From contig NC_042997.1 in the NCBI RefSeq assembly GCF_006345805.1, positions 120,032,001 to 120,096,000 on the forward strand: 64,000 bases of DNA. Reading direction: 5' to 3'. The translations under genes and the position numbers were made by a program. Shown here piece after piece: positions 39,190 through 52,356 of this stretch. The notes under the pieces were generated by a model. That model had not been told where the DNA came from and made no database searches. It worked only from the letters and a program-made list of their open reading frames with translations. This DNA is from Octopus sinensis. Taxonomy: Eukaryota. Position 1 is the stretch's first letter. Every line of letters starts with the position of its first letter.

Positions 39190-40809
39190 TTTCCGGGTGT
39201 TTCATCTTTCAGATGTTCTCCCTGGAGGTAAGACGGGTTTTTTCTCTAATTTGTTGCACACACGCATTTTTGCTAATACATACGCGGTGAAGCTACACAT
39301 TAGCGTCGTATTTTTACGTTCGCTATTTCCAGTAAATATCGGTACTTAGTTGTGCCATGTATTTACTAATTTGTATATATATATATATATATATACCGTT
39401 TTGGGTTCGGTTTGCAAGATTCTTTGTATGAGTTCGTGTGTTGGAGCATACTCTGTTGTGTCTGGGGAGAGTCATTTTATTGTTGTGCCTTATTCTGTAA
39501 CACACTCACCGGTAATATTTCCACTTATTTCTTATTTATATTTTCCTAAAATTTTCGTTGCGTCTTTCAACCTTTTCAATAGTGTGTCAATGTGTGTGTG
39601 TGTGTGTGTATGTGTTCATATTACGGGAACTTGTGCCGCTACATTCCATCAATATTTATGGTTATCACAATGTCTTTAATAGAAAGCCCCTTAAGTTCTC
39701 TGCAGGAACTTCACCTCACGATGAATATAAAATTACTGAAACAAATCAGCATTTTTGAAACCAGGCTAGGAATGTTTTAATTTCCCCAGGACAATGCCTG
39801 TATAATTCAGTAGAATACAGCGTAGAACTTCAACTTAGCGATGGATCTACATCGAAATTTCACAACGGAGAGATTGGAACCGCTCTAATAGACATTTACT
39901 AATTACTACTGATAAGAAATCTACTAGGCAAGCAGCTCCATCAAACTTGCAATTCTATCAACGTAATACTTATAATTTCATCCTTCGTTGAAATGTGCTT
40001 AAATCCGCAAGAACTGAGATAGTGAAACAAGAACTGTTTTTAGGAATATCAGATACATCCGGACATGAAAACTTAGATTAATCGATCAACATGAAGCTTC
40101 TCAAAATACCATTGGCAACGTGCTATTTAACAAACTGTCTTAGGTTGTCAGATTAACGCCTAATGTGTTGGGTTGTCAGATTAATGCCTTCCTTTCCTTT
40201 AAATGTTCTTGAATTAACATGAAAAATACTTATCACTGTGTTTTATAGCATTTAATAGATTTATTCTTTCTCTACATCTCTTGTTTATTCTATTTCAAAT
40301 CTCAATAAATTTTACTTCTTTCAGATATATGATAATGGATTGCCAAGTAGAAGAAACTGAGCATTTTCAGCGTCTGTTCCTCTTCTAATCCGATCAAACT
40401 TCCAAGAATGCAAAAACCAGGCATTGGTGTTCTGTACGGGGAGAGAGCTTTCACTGAAAGAACTGCACAGAAAAATTTTACATGTGTCAAGGGAGCGAAT
40501 TTGAACAACACAAATCTCATCTTCCGGCCGATCATTGCAGTTCACTAAAGATTGCTTGAACGAGATCATTCGCCTGGGTCCATACCAACCCACTTGGAAA
40601 TTAGCACAGCAGATTGGTACGTCGTGATGTTATTGTTGGTAATCTTCACTCTATGTGCAAGGTTCAAATCACTGTACGTGTATGCCACGTGCTATGAACA
40701 GGAGAAACATACTCCAGCGCTTCTGTAACCCGTTAATTTACTCGCTTGACATCAGGTTACTTGTGGGCATTAACATAAGCTTTTATACTGCTTTGGACTG
40801 GTTGTAAAA

Positions 40810-41010
40810 ATAGTCTCTTTACGACACTATGAAGTTAAAAAAAAATGGATGAGTCCCCAAAAGCTAGGAACAACTTGAACCAAGCCAGAAATGCATCCAG
40901 GTAAGACAATAGTCTGTGTTTAGTAGGATTGATCCAGAACGAATTGCTTCAAAACAACCACATAATCAATACCGAGCTACACTTTCTCGAAAGGCATCTA
41001 AAAGACAGTC
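40810..41010 (+). mobile_element. Mariner transposase remnant
   Basis: YDTMKLKKKWMSP...TKPEMHPGKTIVCV**D...ELLQNNHIINTE resembles YDN.KRK..W...KP.LHPKK.MLCVWWD...ELL..N.TIN. Confidence 0.75.
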
Positions 41011-41373
41011 AGATATGTAGTTAGCGAATGTTCAAACTGTCCCAGAAATAGTACAGAAAAATGTTACAACAATGTTACCGCAGAAAGTTCCCTGAGAGAT
41101 GTTGAAGTAGTTGTGAGTTAGAATTTACCGACTAGCAATATGAACATTAACCATTGCCGGTCGCAGACTATGACCATTTGAAACTCACATAGTACATGAT
41201 AATCTATACCGATAAAAATAATCTAACATACTGATATAGGTCTTACGCCCTTTATGGAAAGTGACAGAAACGGTCTTCATCCACATAGCGGGACTTGCAG
41301 ATCTAAACATTGTGAAGACATGAAGCAAAGAAAGAAACATATATGTAAATGTATTTGTGTAGTTTGTGTGGTG

Positions 41374-41418
<45 letters not shown>

Positions 41419-42017
41419 AGAGTATCAAGGCCTAGCATTTGAAGTAGATTATATCCTTAGAGTCACAAGATGGTCATCGTGACTGGTATACAAGGAACCG
41501 CCTCAAAGAAGACAAAAGCCGGACATAGAAAACTGGAATGGCCAGACGTCATATAAAGTACACATCTGAGGGCCAAACTCTGAAAACTGCGTGAATTTCT
41601 TAAAATGGAGAATATTACTGAAATATTATATTCCTATTTAACGAAGAATTCCAGTATTTCTTTAGGGGAGCAGGGCTCCTGTAAAAAACATGAGCAAATA
41701 ACGCAAAGCATTTCATTCTGACACCCTAACAGAAGTACCTAGTCGCCCGCTTGCAACTGATGAAAGCGAGCATTAAAGGAATCAATCTTCCCAGATGACA
41801 TAATATATGGTGAAACATCTCTTTGCAAATAAATGCCTGGAATAGGAATATAAAGCATATATTGTTCCTCATTAAACTGAGATGTAATTCCCTCTAACAT
41901 TGTGTATACAGCCTTAGTTCACTTCTTTGGCGGTTTTTTTATTTTAAATGGTGGTGTATAATTACAGATATGTTTACCAGTAATCTATTGCCTACGACTA
42001 TATATATATATATATAT

Positions 42018-42091
<74 letters not shown>

Positions 42092-42110
42092 TATATAATA
42101 TATATATATG

Positions 42111-42152
<42 letters not shown>

Positions 42153-42435
42153 ATATATACATGTATATATGTGATAAGAATATACAAAAAAATTAAAACA
42201 AAAGACGAAGATGGGTGTGTAAATAGCAAACATATGTATTAGTTTAACGCTCGGGAAGAGAGAAAGTCTTTTACCTTTCGTTCCTAAGCTCTTCGGCACA
42301 AAGGAACAAAGAAATAAACGGGAAGAGAAAATAGAAAAATGTTTAGTGGCTTGCAATCTATCATGGCGAATGCCGGACAGAGGGGTGACACACGAGCGCT
42401 GGGAAGAAGGGGAGATAATAGTGTGTGTGTGTGTA

Positions 42436-42476
<41 letters not shown>

Positions 42477-43438
42477 TCACACACACTCACACACACACAT
42501 ATATATGCATTTATAGACGAAATATATGGAAACTTTTAAAAATCAAGATATTATTAAAACTCTACGCTCAGCCTTTATAGTCACAATAACAGCATGCCTC
42601 TTCATATCTTGAATAAGCTGAGGGTTTACCATGATTATTTTCTGAATCAAAGGTTATACAGAGTAAGCAAAAGAAGCAACAATGACCCCAAAAAACGTAT
42701 CTCCTCAAATACCTTACGCACACTGTATAAACTAGTATATCTATATTTATCCATCTAACAATCTCTCTAACTATCAATCTATCTAGCTATATATACATAC
42801 ATATACATACATGCATATATTATCACAGACACACACACATATATGAGGAACGCTACTTGTATATTTGTGTGCTGCACCATAATTTTGTAGATAAATGAAT
42901 TACACTTCAGTAATAAAGATACATCTTAATCACAGTATGGTGTTATATTTCAACTAACGGCACTAAAATCTTGAGCATTGCATATTTTTACGCTTCTCAT
43001 TTTGTTCTGAGACAATAAAATACTGGGGGAAATCCAAGCTTTTTCAGAATGCCTCAGAGATTATTTATATTCAGATACACTTGAAATGTTTTTGTGAAAA
43101 AAATCTGATTAGAGTTGTGCAATCAATTTAGGGAAAGATACATATCAATCACGTTATGCATGGTGTCCAAGTAAACTGAGTGTGGTACTGTAATTGTCAG
43201 TTTTGACGAACATAAAATGGCGCAGAACCAATTGCTAAAGCAACCACCGCATACACGCAATCGAAACACAAAAACACTCTTTCATATGCATACGAAGAAC
43301 ACTCATATACGCAAACATGCTAGAGTACACACAAGCGGCAGGTAAAGACACACGTCTAGTTTATTAGCATACCACTTATGAGGTATCCTCTATTCGATTC
43401 CAAACTATAAAAGAGAGAAGTACGAATGACACTATGTA

Positions 43439-43521
<83 letters not shown>

Positions 43522-43526
43522 ATACT

Positions 43527-43711
43527 TTATAAAATACGGGCAAAAGAAAATGTCTAATGCAAATATGCCGAAAATTGTCCGGTAATAACGGAATTTTTAG
43601 AAATTTCTATCGGCATTTTTCGAGACGCATACGTTATAATAGTTATTGACAAATTTGCGTTTTTAAGGCACATTTGGCATTAGAATTTTTTCTTTTGCCC
43701 TTATTTTATAA
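43527..43711. mobile_element. MITE-like element with ~43-bp imperfect terminal inverted repeats
   Basis: ttataaaatacgggcaaaagaaaatgtctaatgcaaatatgcc versus the reverse complement of the right end, ttataaaataagggcaaaagaaaaaattctaatgccaaatgtgcc. Confidence 0.75.
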
Positions 43712-43808
43712 GTTATTTATAAATTGAACCTTTAAATGTATTTTTTATATGCTGGCCATTGATAAAATGTTTTTCGAAAAAAATTGTATCCTACATTAGT
43801 CATATATA

Positions 43809-43985
43809 CATCAAATCGACATTACCTGTACAGGTGGAACGGGTAGCACATGCCAGATGTTGAAATAATCGCAAAGCAACGTGTTTTGCTCAGGAACACA
43901 AGGCAGCACCCGGTCTGGGAATCGAGCCCACGATCTCGCAATCGTAAGTGAATCACACTAACCACTGAGCCACGCGGCTTATGTA
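43809..43985 (-). mobile_element. tRNA-headed SINE family B, truncated; inverted partner of 45789-45965
   Basis: About 9 mismatches in 177 bp against 45789-45965. Box A tggctcagtgg, box B ggctcgattcc. Confidence 0.85.
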
Positions 43986-44060
43986 TATATATATATATAT
44001 ATATATATGTATTACGTATATGTATATATATAATGTATATATATATATGTATATATATAA

Positions 44061-44101
<41 letters not shown>

Positions 44102-44849
44102 ATTATTGGTGAATTGAAGAAATGGAGCTGAACGCAGATTGAACAGAAATCATTTTATTTCATTCTACACGTGTTTCGAAAGGCACAAATTACCAAAATC
44201 CGATTGAATAATGGGACCATATTGTGTCTTTCTCTTGAGGAAGAAAAAAGGAAATCCGTTGGAAAAACAAAAACAGAACAGAGGCGGAGCAAAAAACAAA
44301 TCGAACTGTGCTCCTAAGAGCCCATGGCGAAACTGTTTATCAGTGTATGTTGAGAACCGGTGGCTGAAGAATTCAACGGGTCAGGCATCGGTCAATCATG
44401 TGGGTGAGGGTGTATAGATGTTCTTTGTGACCGAGAATAAAGTTCTGACTATTTAAGGAATATTGGATATTTTATAAGGGGCGAGAAAAAATCTACTTAG
44501 AGACGTGTGTGTGTGTATACTGTTCTATATATGTGTGTGTTGGCGTAGGGGTAGAAAACATTTTTTGTGTACGTGTGTGCGTTTGATCGTTCGGCTGTCA
44601 GTGGCTACTGCCGTGATAACCGTTGGGTGGCAGAAAGAAAAAACTTAAAAAAATATATATATATTATGTTTTATGTGTGTGTGTGTTCATCTAAGCCTGC
44701 CTTGTCAAGGACACCCCCCGCTGTGAGAAAACCAAGCCCCGTTTGTCTTACAGGAGTAATTCCCCTTGCAGTGGTTAATCGTAGATATCTTAAAGGCTAT
44801 TTCAGAATTTGTTACCAAGGGCTATGGGTGCCGGTATTATTTATAAACG

Positions 44850-45235
44850 CTATTTAAAGGCCAGATAAGTGTAACGCCGCCAATGGGGGCATCGAAAAGC
44901 CGACTGTAAGAGCCCGTTTACCATCCGGCCTCTGGCAAACAAAATATGGAAGAGTTCGGAGACACAAAGGTTGCACTGTCTTCTGCCCCTATCAAATGGG
45001 AGGGCCACCGACAAAATTGACCATTCCAGCCTATAGCTTAAGTTCGCATCCTTCAGTCGCCATATTAGCTTACTGAGAACTTTATTCTCGGTCACAAAGA
45101 ACATCTATACACCCTCACCCACATGATTGACCGATGCCTGACCCGTTGAATTCTTCAGCCACCGGTTCTCAACATACACTGATAAACAGTTTCGCCATGG
45201 GCTCTTAGGAGCACAGTTCGATTTGTTTTTTGCTC
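44850..45235 (-). pseudogene. Frameshifted GIY-YIG endonuclease C-terminus of a PLE (Neptune-type pattern, by inference)
   Basis: SNCAPKSPWRNCLS / TVYQC / NHVG, then VLSKLIWRLKDANLSYRLEWSILSVALPFDRGRRQCNLCVSE...RCPH. This fits LSK.IW.LK...Y.I.W.I...A.PY......C.LC..EK...CRH. Confidence 0.8.
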
Positions 45236-45271
45236 CGCCTCTGTTCTGTTTTTGTTTTTCCAACGGATTTC

Positions 45272-45365
45272 CTTTTTTCTTCCTGAAGAGAAAGACACAA
45301 TATGGTCCCATTATTCAATCGGATTTTGGTAATTTGTGCCTTTCGAAACACGTGTAGAATGAAAT
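45272..45365 (+). ncRNA. Type I hammerhead ribozyme (predicted cleavage after 45356)
   Basis: UUC CUGAAGA (45283-89); stem II GAAAGACACAA/UUGUGCCUUUC (10 of 11 pairs); GAAA; palindromic ACACGUGU stem III; GUA triplet; GAA pairs with UUC. The mirror copy (44157-44250, minus) has core CUCAAGA. Confidence 0.8.
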
Positions 45366-45572
45366 AAAACGATTTCTGTTCAATCTGCGTTCAGCTCCAT
45401 TTCTTCAATTCACCAATAATGTTTTAATTTCAATTATCCGCACCAACGCACGGTTGCAACGCCAGATGGTTGTACCTCCAACCGTGCTGTTTACTGCTGT
45501 GATTTTTGCTACTAAGGTATCGGTTAAACTTTTGATTAATCTACTACAAGATTATTCATCTTTCTATTTCAC

Positions 45573-45618
<46 letters not shown>

Positions 45619-45724
45619 CACACACACACACATATATATATATATCGTAGCTATAATAAATCCCATAGATTTATTATTGCTTATATATATATATTATATA
45701 TATATATATATATAGATATATATA

Positions 45725-45781
<57 letters not shown>

Positions 45782-45788
45782 TATACAT

Positions 45789-46080
45789 TACATAAGGCGC
45801 GTGGCTCAGTGGTTAGGGTGTTGCAGTTACGATTGAGAGATCATGGGCTCGATTCCCAGACCGGGTGCTGCCTTGTGTTCCTGAGCAAAACACGTTGCTT
45901 TGCGATTATTTCAACATGTGGCATGTGCTACTCGTTCCACCTGTACAGGTAATGTCGATTTGATGGAGAGAGTGAGTTTATATCTACACAAATAGTTGAT
46001 CACCATAAACAAATCATCTGCGTGGTTGTTCGGTAAGAAATTATCTAACTCTCATAGGTCGTCCAACGAAGAGTTCATCA
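45789..46080 (+). mobile_element. tRNA-headed SINE family B
   Basis: Head gcgcgtggctcagtggttaggg...gggctcgattcc. Its body extends beyond the part shared with 43809-43985. Confidence 0.8.
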
Positions 46081-46123
46081 TGCAATATATGCATAATCTA
46101 TGTAGAGAGACAGAGATAGAATT

Positions 46124-46170
<47 letters not shown>

Positions 46171-47509
46171 GAAACAGTGAGATAGACGGAGAAAGAGTTC
46201 AAATGCTAGCGGTGTCGACTAAGCCTTTCAACATTTAAGTAGTTAATAAGCTATGTATCACTTCAGCACTGGATTCGAGGTAGTCGACTGAATCGTAAAA
46301 AAATATATGTATGTTTGACTGTGTGTGTGGATTCAGGTTGTACGTATGCACGTATACATTCAAAAATCATAAAAGCAACAACAAAAGCGGCGTGTCCCGG
46401 CAACCAGATCAATTCTTATTTTGCTAGCTTAGCTTGATATACTTCGCTGATTACATCAATAAAAGATTGAGACATTCGTTGGTTTCTTTGAAAATTAGTT
46501 TTTAAAAAGCAGATCCACGCCTAAAAACATTTGACAAACACTGTGCGTTACATATATGAGATTCTAACAGAAATAATACAAACACATAGGCACACACACA
46601 CAAACACACACACACAAGCACCCACACACACATATATATATATATAAAAACATTAACACGCAAATATATATATATATATATATATATACATATGTATATT
46701 TGTATATATATATGTATATATATATATATATATGTATGTATATATATATATGTGTGTTTGTGAATATTTGATTGAATCCATGTTTGTATTTAAGTATATT
46801 CCTAGCTTTTAATCTCATTACGCAGTTGCGGTTACATGAAAATAAACTACCATAGATTTTCATATTTCGTAAATTAATAAGTTGACGTGATTAGTTTTAG
46901 ATATCTTTCAAATTAATTTTCTTAACAGAAAACCAATACTGTGACTGTCAAAGCATTATTAATCACCAAGCAATATTATTTCATCAAAGATTCTTACAGT
47001 AGAGAAATTTTTACATTCACTTTACCATTTATTGATAATCATGACACATTAATTCTTCATAAATTGTATAAGTGTATTTTACATGTTATCTCCATTGCAG
47101 GTGGGTAATCGGTTAAGTGATGAGGCATGATTAACAAACCCACCAATCCTGCCCCTTGCTCTCATAATTGTATGAAAATGAATGGCTCGTATATTTCTTC
47201 GTCGTGTCATGTATTTACTCTGACGATGTCCGCTAACGTTATATGCGTTTTTCCTTCCCTGTTCTTATCATTGATTTTCAGCAACACATTTTTTGGTGCG
47301 AAATAAGCAGATAGTATTGATTTATATAAATCTTTATGTTTTATATTTTGTCTTTTACTTGTTTCAGTCAGTAGATTGTGGCCATGCTGGAGCACAACTT
47401 TCAATGTTTATAGTTGTGTGTGTGTTTGCTTCGAGGATTCGAATAAAATTTCACTACATTTTCCAGCTGTGACATCGAGGAAATGACGGCATATATAGCT
47501 GATAACGAA

Positions 47510-47780
47510 CACAAACTGAGAGAAGACCATCTGGGTGTTTACAAGACCATTCCTTCCAGCATTGAAAGTGGAAGGGGACGTTTTTTTCTTTCTGCATCCT
47601 CCAGGTAGAACTGGCAAGACATTTGTCATCAACATTCTTCTGCCTAAACTGCGCCAAATGAAACATTGCCATAGCAGTGGTGTCAAGTGGAATACCAAGA
47701 ACCCTGCTTAGTTGTGGCATTTCTGGTACAAGCGCCTACAATTCCCGTTGAAACTGGGCTCGGGATTGAGCAATAACAAG
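47510..47780 (+). mobile_element. Helitron PIF1-like helicase remnant
   Basis: LREDHLGVYKTI..SIESGRGRFFL / PPGRTGKTFVINILLPKLRQ (Walker A) / IAIAVVSSGIPRTLLSCG resembles GGTGKTF...IA.AVASSGIAATLL.GG. Frameshifted. Confidence 0.85.
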
Positions 47781-48348
47781 GTCCAGGGGCAGTCCTTGGA
47801 TGTATTGGGTCTGAACCTTACGGAACCAACTTTCTCTCATGGGCAACTCAAAGTAATTGTCACTCTCTTCTTGAGAATCGGTACCAATTTTAAATCAAAT
47901 TAGCCATTATTGATATTTTTTCTGAGTTTCCCATTATATATCTCACATTCTCTTTTTATTTTACTTTGTTTTTTCTCTCACTTACTCAAATAACATCTTA
48001 CAACAACCAATTGGATGCAGATACTTCGGGAATTGAAGTAATAAGATGGATAATGACATGTCATACACATTCAGAACAGCGAGTATGATTACAGAAGGAT
48101 TGCATTTAATCATAAGTTTTCTTACTAACGGCTGACGTAACATGCAATAAAAATATTTCCGACACTAATTATTCATTCATAACATCAAATGTAACTCTAC
48201 TGATGCCCCCCTCTCTCCCCATTTCTTATATATATTTATACACGCATACATACAATAAATTTCACCCAAACATATATCTATGATTACATATATATACATA
48301 CATATGTGGCTGTGAGCGCATGGCTGTGTGTCTATTTATGTATGCAAG

Positions 48349-48408
<60 letters not shown>

Positions 48409-49240
48409 TATGTATATCTCTTATCCTTTACGTGTTTCAGGTATTATACCGCGGCCACGGTGTGGCACCTCATTAAAGATTTCTTCTAGTCCAATGACTC
48501 GAAGCCAATACATTTTTTTGAAGAGGAATAGTACTCGCTTAAGCAAATTGATTTGGTCCTTAAAGGATACTAATAATAAGGAATATAAAATTACCTAGGA
48601 AATAATTTGTAGAGCCAAACCATATCCTAGAGGAAGTAAGCGGTGGAAATTTTGTGTAGATGAAATTGATGAAATTCTTACATCAATATACAGAATAATA
48701 AACCACGTACGTGAGATCACACTACGATGTCTACATCAGTCCAAGCATATGTTTAATCAATATAAATAATTATGATACGTAAAATTAAAATTCAGCAAGT
48801 TAAACAGATTATTAAAAAAATATTAAAAAATGATTGTAAATAATTGTAAAAAAAGTTTATAAAATATTATATAAAGGATAATAAAATAGAGCAAGTAAAA
48901 AGATAATTAACTATAAACCCCTACATAAATTAACCCAATTATAAAGAGTGAAAATTAATGATATCCCTAAAAAATTTAATTCAATTTAAAATTATCAAAT
49001 TAGATAATCGACCAAGTGCTCATTATTAACAACTGCAAAAACTGTAATAAGACAAGCCGTAGTGGAGGTGGAAATGACGTAAAGAATACTAACAATAATA
49101 AAATCAACAGAATTTAATTAACCAGCAACGAAATATTAATACTATTCCTAAATAATGGTATGATAAAACACATTAGTCGTCCACTGACCTACTTTCAGAC
49201 AGAACTTTTTTTATTATTCTATCGATCAGAGTTGAAAATA

Positions 49241-49900
<660 letters not shown>

Positions 49901-50237
49901 AGAGTTGAACATATCAGACTATTTATGGAATGCTAATACAACGTGTATGTATACGTTTAGTTGGACATGTATCTAATTCTGATGAAATCTGAAAATGCTG
50001 AGAATTGTGCTCTAAAGAAGCGCATTAGTGGTTAACAACAAAATGCTCACCAGATACAAAATTTGCACTGTGCACTGTCTAGCTGCAAAAACATATGTAG
50101 GTACGAAATGAAAATAACCGCATTTAACCGGGATATGTATCTGTTCTCCTTAATAGATTTACATATATATATTGATAATAAGGAGAACGAAGGATTTGGG
50201 CATTCAAACATTGTATTTTTTGCAGTTAGTTTACTCG

Positions 50238-51950
50238 TAATAATTGTCTGACGAGTGTTTCGATCGTATTAATTTCATATTGCTGCATATTTTTATGCAT
50301 CCATTTATGCATTACTAGTCCGATCTCTTCAGGGTGTATAAATATTGCATTGTTCAAAGAGGGATCTTCCTGCGTTATTAGTCTGAATTAGGCTTGGTAG
50401 CAGTAGTAGTAAACCATCATGTCCATTCGATGAACTGTTATTCACATCTGTATGTTTGGTAAAAATTCCGCTGCACCAGCAGCAATGTTTGCTAAAGTTG
50501 GCAAATATTCAGGGACCGTTGGTGAGTTGTTATTTATAATTTTTGTTTGAACAACACTACATTCTTTATATTCACATCGCTTTTGATGGATTTCACAGTT
50601 GGTTATGCTATTAGAATTTTTGCAAAGATTATTAATAGAGGTAGTGGATAATTACTGTTCGGTAGACACCACGTGGATAATAAAAAGAAGTAGGCAAGTG
50701 TAATTTTTAATTGTTGTAACTTATTGTTTTAACTTATTTTTAGGTTAAAGTATATATAATCTTAAAAATTGAATTCCTTTCTTATATTATTTATATGCAC
50801 CTTAATCATTACAGTTATTATAGTTATATTTAGAAAGAGGCGTATTGAAATTATGTAAATTAATTCATTCTACTTAATTTTTTTTAAAGAACGAAAACGT
50901 TTATATAAACAATTAAAACTTCTTTCTTGTCTAGTTATGCCTAATTCATTTTTTCGAAAAAAATATTTGATATAACTCCACAATTATAAATTGCATCTTT
51001 CGTTCCTTATTCTGCAATATTTCACAGTACTAATAATTTCTCATGTTAATGAATATTAACTATTTTCATCCTTAACGACCATATATGCTTATTAAGACTT
51101 GTTGAAAATTTTCTAAAATTATTTCTAAACGAACTTTCATAATTTGCTATTCTTCGTTTTGTAAAGAATGAGCTAGCTCCTATATAGTAATATTTATTTT
51201 TATGTGTTATGTCTAAGAAGCTTACTAAATTATGTTCTTTTGAATCGATATGCTAAGTCCTAAGTTTTTGAAAATTTCGAACAATGTATTCTTCTACATC
51301 TCTATTTGAAGGGTTAGTTTGTGTGAAAAGCGCGCCATCTCTATGTAGACCTTCGACTAGAGGGTATTCCCTCTTAATGCTTGCCAGTATATATATCACG
51401 AGTAAATCTGTCACTTCAGCCCATACTTATCTCAAAAATATCTGGTGGCTCTTTCCTAATCCAATTATTATCTTCAACTTTAATGACTGAATGTCTAGCT
51501 ACCAAGATAAGAACTACCACATTTCTATTTAGCCCTGAGTTATTAATTGCATACATTAGTACCTTATTAAGTAGAATAGCGTGAATTGAAGCGTAATGAT
51601 TTGAGATAGTTATTTGGTGGAATTTAGTATATATTTTAATAGGAATATTATTGAACCATTCAATTCATTCTAATGAACAAGACTATAGCTCTAGTCAAAT
51701 GGTATCCTTAAGAGTAGTGCTGAATTTTATCCAAACATTCAGTTGTGAATAACAGCTCGTCGAATGAACATGATGTCTTACTAGTACTGCTACCAAGCCT
51801 AATTCAGACTGATAGCGGAGGAAAAGTCCATTTGGAACAACGAAATATTTATAAATCCTGAAGAGATCGTACTAATAATGCATAAATTGATGCATATAAA
51901 TATGCAATAATATGTAATCAATGCGATGGAAACCTGTCTCAGACAATTAT
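50238..51950 (-). mobile_element. Decayed Penelope-like element with RT remnant and inverted pseudo-LTRs
   Basis: Minus-strand spacer gives ARHSVIKVEDNNWIRKEPPDIFEISMG / AEVTDLLVIYIL...GLHRDG / FEIFKNLGLSISI / VSFLDIT (PLE RT: FDVTMG..GAEVCELVGLYIL..GLYRDD..FLD). Arms 50238-50480 and 51712-51950 are about 80% identical and inverted, each with CUGAAGA GAUCG...GAAAC. Confidence 0.8.
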
Positions 51951-52312
51951 GATGAATGAACGAACCAAGTATGAAGGTTGAAATTCTTCATCCTCGTTTT
52001 ATCAATAGTGTACTTTACACTCTAAACAACCAGAAAAAACTGTAACATCGGATGGGAGTTGCGGAAATTTACCATTAAAGGTACCATCTGAAGGGACCAG
52101 CCTTGGCATTTCACATAGAGAAATTCGGTAGCTGCTGCCTTCCTGGAGAGTACATCCTTCCTCTTACTATATATATAGTATCTGTAAATCTGTAAATGTA
52201 AAACCATCCTCATTTCTGAGTACAATTATTTCTTCTAATATATATATACATATATACACATATATATATGTGTATATGTATATGTATGTATATACATAGA
52301 TGTATATATATA

Positions 52313-52356
<44 letters not shown>

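Larger units (their letters stand above)
38648..39374 (+). mobile_element. Retrozyme-like element: two ~295-bp direct repeats (period 433 bp), each with an intact hammerhead
   Basis: 38648-38943 and 39081-39374 differ by 2 substitutions and a 2-nt T-run indel. A 137-bp unique spacer separates them. (TA)n lies on both flanks and no ORF is evident. Confidence 0.8.
44098..45424. mobile_element. Palindromic Penelope-like element: 349-bp inverted arms (44098-44446 and 45076-45424) around a 629-bp spacer
   Basis: The arms differ at only 2 positions that I found. Each carries a hammerhead motif near its outer end. Confidence 0.9.

Noticed and set aside
41440-41860. RPLATDESEH as a GIY-YIG remnant, with a nearby CTGATGA
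   Set aside because: Single weak motif, no YIG context and no hammerhead stems.
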